Assembly: GCF_006345805.1 (NCBI RefSeq) | Contig: NC_042998.1 | Coordinates: 58,342,001 to 58,406,000 of the forward strand | Length of the DNA: 64,000 bases | Direction of reading: 5' to 3' | From: Octopus sinensis | Lineage: Eukaryota | Part shown: positions 56,525 to 64,000 of the stretch, piece after piece | Numbering within the stretch: the stretch's first letter is position 1 | Layout of the letters: every line of letters begins with the position of its first letter | Made by a program: the position numbers and the translations under genes | Notes under the pieces: generated by a model | What the model saw: the letters and a program-made list of their open reading frames with translations, nothing else | Database searches by the model: none | What the model was told of the DNA's origin: nothing

Positions 56525-56833
56525 GCATCTTGCTGTTTGTTCCTTCTCGAGCCATGCCTGGCTCATAAGGGCTAGTTTCCTGGTTTCCTTGGCGTATAGG
56601 TTCCCCACCTGGATGGGACGTCAGTCCTTTGCAGGTGAGCTGCAAGATGCAGGAGGAAAGAGTGGGAGAAAGTTGTGGCCGAAGAGTCAGCAGAAGTTCG
56701 CTATTGCCTTCTGCCAGAGCTGCGTGGAGCTTAGGTGTTTCGCTCATAAACACACACATCGCTCAGTCTGAGATTCAAACCTGCATTCCATCAACAGCGA
56801 GTCTGCTGCTCTAACCACTAGGCCATGTGCCTC
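56525..56833 (-). mobile_element. tRNA-headed SINE related to family D
   Basis: Minus-strand head GGAGGCACATGGCCTAGTGGTTAG; tail similar to 22660-22720. Confidence 0.65.
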
Positions 56834-57903
56834 CAGTGGCATCTTGCCATCTAGCTGATCTCTGAAGAGACTTGCAAAACACCAAATCCATAAATTGCAA
56901 GGGGATATATGTGTGTATATACCGACTGTACAAGTGCATAGATGAGGGTGTTTGATGCTTATGCATGTGTACTATGTGGTGAGGTGCACCTGTATCTAAT
57001 CTAGCATGCAGATGAGAACTGATGGCATCAGTTCACTGGTGTATGTGTGCATATTTGCTAGGGTGTGTATATGTATGGGTGCAGGTGTTTGTCAGCCATG
57101 TGTGACTACTTGGGTGCACAAATATGTGTGTGTATATATGTCAGTCGTGCATATCAGCTCTGTGTGTACATTAGTTGTATGAGTGTGTGTGTGTGTGTGG
57201 TGTGTGTGTGTGTGTGTGTGTGTGTGTTTAGACACAGGTACACCTCACCACATAGTACATATAGTAAGTAAGATAGTTCATATTTCCTGCTGATAGATAC
57301 TGCAGGTTTGTGGAGAAGTTGCAGTTTTTCACAGAGACAGAGCCGACAATTGTAGGCACCAAGTAAGGTGAAATTCTGTCAATGAGGATACTTTTAATGC
57401 TGGCAGTTTCATTTCAGAGGTCATAAAATTTCCAGAGGCTATAGTAGAAATCACTTGCCCAAGGTGGCATGCAGTGGGACTGAACCTCGAACCATGTGGT
57501 TGGTAAGCAAGCTTATTACCACACAGCCACTCAGAGGAAATGAGACAAAGATGTGGAATTCTCTCTGTCTCTGCATCTAAGTGAATGTATACGCTGTGTG
57601 CACCTTCCCTTGAAGTCATTAGCCATCATGCCCATGTATTGCTTTGTGATACCATCAGGTGTGAGGGTGGCTCTGTAGAATAGAGCCCAAGAGAGGCATA
57701 TTCTTCCTTGAGTACAGTTAGTAGTGTTTTAGAAATTACAGGTTGAGGTTGGAGATTGTGTAGTTGCATATATTTCTGGTAGCATGCAATGTTAGAAACA
57801 ATGTTGTCTGTCTGTCTATGTATGCATGTATATATGTATGTATGTATTTATTTATTCATGTTTTGTTGAATCTGAAAAGATTTCACAAATTGTTACTCAT
57901 TTT

Positions 57904-57969
57904 CATGTAACCGATCATCAGACAGTCATCTGATGATCATCAGATGGCTGTCTGGTGATTCGTCACATG
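57904..57969. repeat. 66-nt near-perfect palindrome
   Basis: CATGTAACCGATCATCAGACAGTCATCTGATGA|TCATCAGATGGCTGTCTGGTGATTCGTCACATG. Confidence 0.9.
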
Positions 57970-58391
57970 TTTTCAGCTTCAGTAAAACACTGTTTTTTTT
58001 TTTACCTTTGTAATTCAAGAACTATTTTCTGTACTTTGTTTTGCACATATGTGCACACAAAATTTTCTGTTTGGTTATTTTTGTATTACAAATTATGATA
58101 ACAATATATGCCTTCCTTACAATTTACTGCTACATTATTTTGTCATCAAGATCTGATGAAATATAATGGAAAGAAAAATTTTTTTAGAGGGTTGCAGTGT
58201 TTTTAAACAGAAAAAGAAAAGAAATTATATGAAACCAACTTTTGCTGTTATATTATGAACAACTTCTTTTTTAAATCTCTTATATGTACACACACACACA
58301 CACATACACACACACACACACATACACACACACATGTTTGAGCATTTGGAAATGGTTAATGTTGATAGATGTTTAATCTGAAATATGCATC

Positions 58392-58561
58392 CAGAGTGGC
58401 TGTGTGGTAAGTAGCTTGCTTACCAACCACATGGTTCCAGGTTCAGTCCCACTGCATGCCACCTTGGGCAAGTGACTTCTACTTTAGCCTCAGACCGACC
58501 AAAGCCTTGTGAGTGGATTTGGTAGACGGAAACTGAAAGAAGCCCGTCGTATATATGTATG

Positions 58562-58612
<51 letters not shown>

Positions 58613-58848
58613 GTGAGTATATGTTTGTGTGTCTGTGTTTGTTCCCCCACCCCACCATCATCTCACAACTGATGCTGGTGTGTTTACATCCCCGTAACTT
58701 AGCAGTTCTGCAAAAGAGACCGATAGAATAAGCACTAGGCTTACAAAGAATAAGTCCTGGGGTCGATTTGCTCGTCTAAAAGGCGGTGCTCCAGCATGGC
58801 CACAGTCAAATGACTGAAACAAATGAAAATGTAAAAGAGTAAAAGAGT
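58392..58848 (+). mobile_element. SINE family A
   Basis: Full-length copy. Confidence 0.88.
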
Positions 58849-59708
58849 ATCAAAAGGCCAAACAAGTTTCCATAGCTTTGACAAAGGTCACAATGGCAAG
58901 AGGTGCTTGTGCTGCTTGTGTTCTTGACTTTTATTGATTGTTCTCCATCCACTGAGATTGTTCCTACTTGTAACTTCCAGGGGTTTGATCTTCCCACACA
59001 TGCACGCACACATGCACACACACATGCATACATACACACACATACAAACACCCATCCGCACATACACACACACACAAACAAACACATATACACACACACA
59101 CAAACAAACACATATACACACACACACACACATTTTATGTGTATATTTATTGGAAACCAATCTCCTGATCAAATCAAAATGTTTCCATTGCTGTCATTTT
59201 TTTTAGTCACACTTCTTAACAGAAGTTGACAAAAAGCATTGATTGACAGCTGAGTTGACAAATACAAGGTAAACCAGCTGAAATGATGGAAGTTCACACT
59301 CTGTCTGTGGCACTATGATGAGTTTTGTGTTGCTGATTAAGTATACTTAACTTTAAGCATGTTAATTAACCATGGTCAAGCAAACTTATAATCAAAGACA
59401 GCCTAGCCATAACCCTCCCATCTCTTTGCGTATAGACTATTTTGTCTCTTTACTTATGGCCATATCAAGATGAAAATACTGATTCTGATTCGATAAACAA
59501 AGTTAAGCAACATTGAGCCAAGTTAGTAATTAGATGCATTAGCACTTTAGGGAAACTTATATGCTATATGCATCATCTACCTCATATATGGTTCCAGACC
59601 TCCAGTAAAAAAAGGCCCAAACTATACTTTTCCATTCAGTTATTTAGAAATTTAGAAATTCAATATTTCTAATTTTGGTGATTAGTGAATAGATTTCATT
59701 GAAAATAT

Positions 59709-59913
59709 ATATATTTGCAAAACCTTGGCAAACATCTCAACTAGCAGGCCTTGCTACCCTAGACTGATGATGAGCAAGACTCAGAAAAATGCATGTCTCT
59801 AGGTGCAGGCCCTAGCTGGTGGGGGTGCTTGTCTCCCCTTCACAAATATAAGGACACAGGAAATATGTCAAAGCCGACAGAAAGTGTCGATGCTTCCTAG
59901 GGCTAAATAGCAG
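59709..59913 (+). ncRNA. Putative degenerate HDV-like ribozyme fold enclosing the hammerhead
   Basis: P1 TATATTT/AAATATA, P2 TGCT/AGCA, L3 TCCCCTT, P1.1 CC/GG, P4 AGGAA..CGACA-gaaag-TGTCG..TTCCT and J4/2 GGCTAA occur in canonical order, with several mismatches. Confidence 0.45.
59758..59803 (+). ncRNA. Type I hammerhead ribozyme motif
   Basis: CCTAGA (stem I), CTGATGA, TGAG-caaga-CTCA (stem II), GAAA, a-ATGCAT-g (palindromic stem III), TC, TCTAGG (stem I'). Predicted cut after C59797. Confidence 0.78.
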
Positions 59914-60767
59914 TGGTGTGATTCCCTTTACAGGACTGTCATGTTAAGTTGACAGTATACAACCACTCTGTCACTCCACCATCACTCATATCTCTCCGAG
60001 ATATTTAGAAATTTAATATTTCTAATATGTTTGATTAATTTAATTTAATATTCCACTAAAGGAAAGTTCTGAAATACAAACTGCCTGCACCTTGCTTTTA
60101 TAAAGAACTCAGTGATTGCAAGTTAGTTGCTTCTGCTTAGAACTCATTAGTTGTCTGCCACGAAGAAGCATAAGAAGAAGAATTAATACAGAAAAGGAGC
60201 TACTGTAACAACATGTGCAATTGAATGACCTGTCGCAATTAATAAAGGAGGTTATGACTATTTTTGCATTATTTTCTGTCCAATCCATGTTTACATATAC
60301 ACACATTGCATATGTGTGTATATAACTTTTTTTCAAAATCCAATGTCCATACGCTAAAGATGGTGTTCATGCAAGTACATTCAAATATATCACATATAAG
60401 CAGGATCCTGTGTGGATGGATATGGAATTAGATTCACTGTTAAATGCCCACCAACCATTTGATTTTCAGTAGTTCCTACTTGCTATGTTATTACACAGTT
60501 GCGGAGGAGAAGACAAGTGCAAATAGGTGACAAGGAAGATAAGTATTTTCAAGGATATTAATGATATAAGTATACTCTAGGCACAAGTCCTGAAATTTTG
60601 GGGGAGGCGTCCAGTCAATTAGATCGACCCAGTATGCAACTGGTACTTAATTTATCGACTCCGAAAGGATGAAAGGCAAAGTCAACCTCGGTGGAATTTG
60701 AACTCAGAATGTAAAGACAGACGAAATACCACTAAGCATTTCACCTGGCATGCTAATGTCTGCCAGC

Positions 60768-61545
60768 TGCTGGAGCACCGCCTTAAAGGGTTCTAAGTGA
60801 AACAAATCAACCCCAGGACTTATTCTTTGTAAGCCAAGTACTTATTCTATCAGTCTCTTTTGCTGAAACACTAAGTTACAGGGGCATAAACACACTAGCA
60901 TTGGTTGTCAAGTGATGATGGCAGAGACAAACACAGATACACACAAATATACGCATACATACATATGTAAATAAATATATACATATATATATTTTACCCT
61001 TTACTATATATATTTTACCCTTTACTATATATATATATATATATAGTAAAGGGTAAAATTAACTAATTAATTAATTAATAATTAATGATTTTACCAAGTA
61101 GTTAGGTATATTAAAAAAAACAATATCGGTAAACTTATACAAAAATTCTATAATTATGAGGAGTATAAGTATAATTAGGGTTCAGCAAAAACTTGCTTCA
61201 CCACATACTGAAATATAAAAATAGCAGTTAAAACTACTATTTCACTACCATAAGTAGTGAAATAGTAGTTTTAACTGCTATTTCTAAATTTTGGTATGTT
61301 GTGAAGCAAATTTTTGCTGAACCCTAATTATAATTATACTCATAATTATTGAATTTTCATATACATATACATATATATATATATACACACAAATGGCTTC
61401 TTCAAGTTTTTATCTACAAAATCTACTCTCAAGGGTTTGGTTGGCCTGAGGCTATAGTATAAGACACTTGCCCAAGGTGTAACACAGTGGGACTGAACCT
61501 TGTGGTTAGGAAGCAAGCTTCTTACCACACAGCCATGCCTGCGCT
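60768..61545 (-). mobile_element. SINE family A with hairpin insertion in its (TA)n tract
   Basis: Tail half at about 60768-60990 and head half at about 61360-61545. Confidence 0.75.
61142..61357. repeat. Hairpin, about 105-bp arms with 5-nt loop
   Basis: ...AATAGCAGTTAAAACTACTATTTCACTAC-cataa-GTAGTGAAATAGTAGTTTTAACTGCTATT... Confidence 0.93.
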
Positions 61546-61664
61546 TATTGTTTTTTGCTTCTTTTTTTGTCTTCTAATATAGAACTTGTGATGTACAGTG
61601 GGTATTTCATCAGTTGTTCCAGAATAAACAGCTCAATGAAATAATGTTTCCTTTTCTGTTACAG

Positions 61665-61810
61665 GTCAGCAGTTGGATTACCCATTTAATCATTACCCAA
61701 CCAACACATGATGACAGAAAAGCCATACTATCCTGTATCCTCAGATTAGCTTCATATTGTCTTATTATTGGAAACTTCAACTCTGCCATTGAAATTGTAA
61801 CTGGCCTTAA
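61665..61810 (+). CDS. PLCE1: Internal coding exon C; CDC25/RasGEF domain
   Basis: CCTTTTCTGTTACAG acceptor, phase 0 matching exon B, AA|GTGAGT donor (phase 2). VSSWITHLIITQPTHDDRKAILSCILRLASYCLIIGNFNSAIEIVTGLK carries the RasGEF W...GNFNS...GL motif and matches PLCE1 VSSWVTWLIL...GNYNAVMEFLAGL as recalled. Confidence 0.9.
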
Positions 61811-62388
61811 GTGAGTATTGTGGCTTTATTTTATATTTTTTTCTTTTTATTTCTCGTATTTTCTTTCTCCTGAAAAAGTTTCTTTTTCTTTTTTCTTCAT
61901 GAAGGAATCACATCTAACTAGTTGCTGAACATGCTAAAAATAACAATCAACTCTCACTCAAACTATATGCCACTGTTTGTCTTAAAATAGGAAATAGTAC
62001 ATTAAATAGTGTAGTTCAGGATATTTCTTTATTGACTGTGGCCATGCTGGGTTTCTGGCTTGAAGGGTTTTACTCAAACAAATCAGCCTCAGTACTTATC
62101 TTTAGTCTGGTATCTATTCTGTTAGCCTCTTTTGCCACACTGCCTGATTATGGGGATATAAACAAACCAACACCAGTTGTCAAGCAATGGTCAGAGGAGA
62201 GACAAATAGGGACACAAACATACACACACACAATGGACTTCCGCATAGTTTCCAAATACCAAACTCATTTACAAGGTATCGGATGCCCTGGGGTTATATG
62301 GAAAATGTCCAAAGGGCCAAGCAGTAGGACTGGAACCAAAATCACATGGTTGCAAAATGAGCTTCTTAACTACACAGCCATACCTGCT

Positions 62389-62616
62389 CAACCTTTTAGT
62401 GTTCGCATCATTCTGCCAAAATTAATGCTTTTTCATCCACATTGCCTTGAACTAATCAGGCATTATCTTGGAGCTATGATATTTTGATGAGGTAGCTGTT
62501 AATTTTTAAAACGATATTGTAGAGTTGGTGTGAGAGATCAGATATGGCCAGTTTGAACATAAAACAAGCAGAATACTTTTGGCCGGATATGGCCGGTTTA
62601 AATGCTAAAGGGTTAA
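62389..62616. mobile_element. piggyBac-type MITE family 2
   Basis: Ends TAAATGCTAAAGGG-TTAA; reverse match to 43021-43248. Confidence 0.8.
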
Positions 62617-64000
62617 AGATGCAGTATTGTCACAATAATAATGCTTTTTTATCACAGGTTTGTTCTACCACTGTTGTCCAGGGGCACTAAACATCAATAA
62701 AAATGACGTCCTTCCTTTACTCCAGATTGATGAAAACCAAAGTTGGTACTGATGAGATTTAATCTCAAGAACAATGAGAAATTGCAATATATCCAGGCCA
62801 GTTTTTGATTGACTTCTAGTCAGAAAATATTTCCTAATTTCAGTTAAAGGAAGGTCTGGAGGGAAATCAGCAAGTCTTATTTCCATGAATGTAGTTAAGA
62901 TTGAGCCCCGAGACCAAGCTTTTAGTCATATGAAAGTTAATAATGAAGTCTTATATGGGTACAAACACATTCATTTGTGAAGAAGGGATAAACCTGACTG
63001 AAATTCATTCTATGCAATTATTTGACTGATATATATTTAACTGACAGTGAAGTGATGAGAGATAATAAACCACTGTGGAATTTGAACTCGCGATTTAAAA
63101 GGATGTAACTGAATACTACAAGGTATTGCATGTAGCATTCTAACATCACTATATTTAACAAAGCTAATTCTTTCTACTATAAGCGCAAGGCCTGAAATTT
63201 AGTTCGTGGCGTAGTAGGGTTAATTGATTATATAAACCTCAGTGCTCAACTGGTACTTATTTAATGATCACAAAAGGATGAAGGGCAAAGTAGATCTTGG
63301 CAGAATTTGAATTCAGAAAGTAAAATTAAGAATGCTGCTAAGCATTTAGTCTGATGTGTTAATGATTCTGCAAGCTGAAGATTAGTTTTGATGGGAGACA
63401 TTTGTTGATTAAGTTCACACCACCCAGAAGAATAAAACATAAAATCAGCCGTGGTAGGGTTTTGAACACAAAACATAAAATTATGTAACTAAATACACAA
63501 TATAAAGTTTTGTATCTTAATATGCAATATAAATTTTGGGGAGAGGGGGGCCAGTCAATTAGATCGACCCCAGTATGTATCTGATACTTAATTTATTGAC
63601 CCCAAGAGGATGAAAGGAAAAGTTGACCGCAAATACACAATATATATTATCTGATGTTCTGCAAAATTCTGACATGCATTGTTTAAGCAGAGACGTACAA
63701 AACATTCTATATCCATTTTCCTTGCTAAATCAGAGGTTACTTTTTAAAGACCCCCATGATGGTTTTCTAATTGTAGTCCTCATGATTCCATGTTTGAGGC
63801 AGTGGTTTATAGATGTCTGTCTTTTCTGACACCAAACTTTTAAACAGTATCTTGTGACTTGCAGGTCCATCATAGCGCACTTGTTCTAAAACCAGAACTC
63901 ACACAATTAATAATATGATGAATGGAATCCTATATTGAAATTTTATTTTATCAACCAATTTAAAATTAATCAATCATTTAAACATTTTCAGATAATGAAT

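Noticed and set aside
62640-62700. Next PLCE1 exon after the TTTTTATCACAG acceptor (also the CAG near 63864)
   Set aside because: The phase-2 frame hits early stops and shows no RasGEF similarity; the next exon is probably beyond the window.

Overview
AT-rich, microsatellite- and SINE-dense animal genomic DNA. The repeat families look like those of a coleoid cephalopod, most likely Octopus (inference). The window appears to be intronic/exonic sequence of one + strand gene. Three exons (22974-23259, 30907-31160, 61665-61810) have canonical AG/GT sites and matching splice phases. They encode a FERM-C/PTB-like segment followed by the start of a CDC25/RasGEF domain closely resembling that of phospholipase C epsilon (PLCE1). 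The introns hold two decayed mariner transposons, a 5'-truncated RTE LINE with many copies of its 3' end, Penelope-like fragments, at least three tRNA-SINE families, piggyBac-type MITEs and a MITE with an 8-bp TSD and internal telomeric repeats. Best novel candidate: a sense-strand type I hammerhead ribozyme motif (59758-59803) that appears to sit inside the J1/2 loop of a degenerate HDV-like ribozyme fold (about 59709-59913), flanked by 35-bp direct repeats. Also seen: a decayed Penelope hammerhead, several long hairpins/inverted duplications (candidate ADAR substrates) and a patchwork of locally templated insertions. Nearly all ORFs in the supplied track are microsatellite or repeat artefacts. 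All folds and homologies were read by eye and have not been computed or searched.
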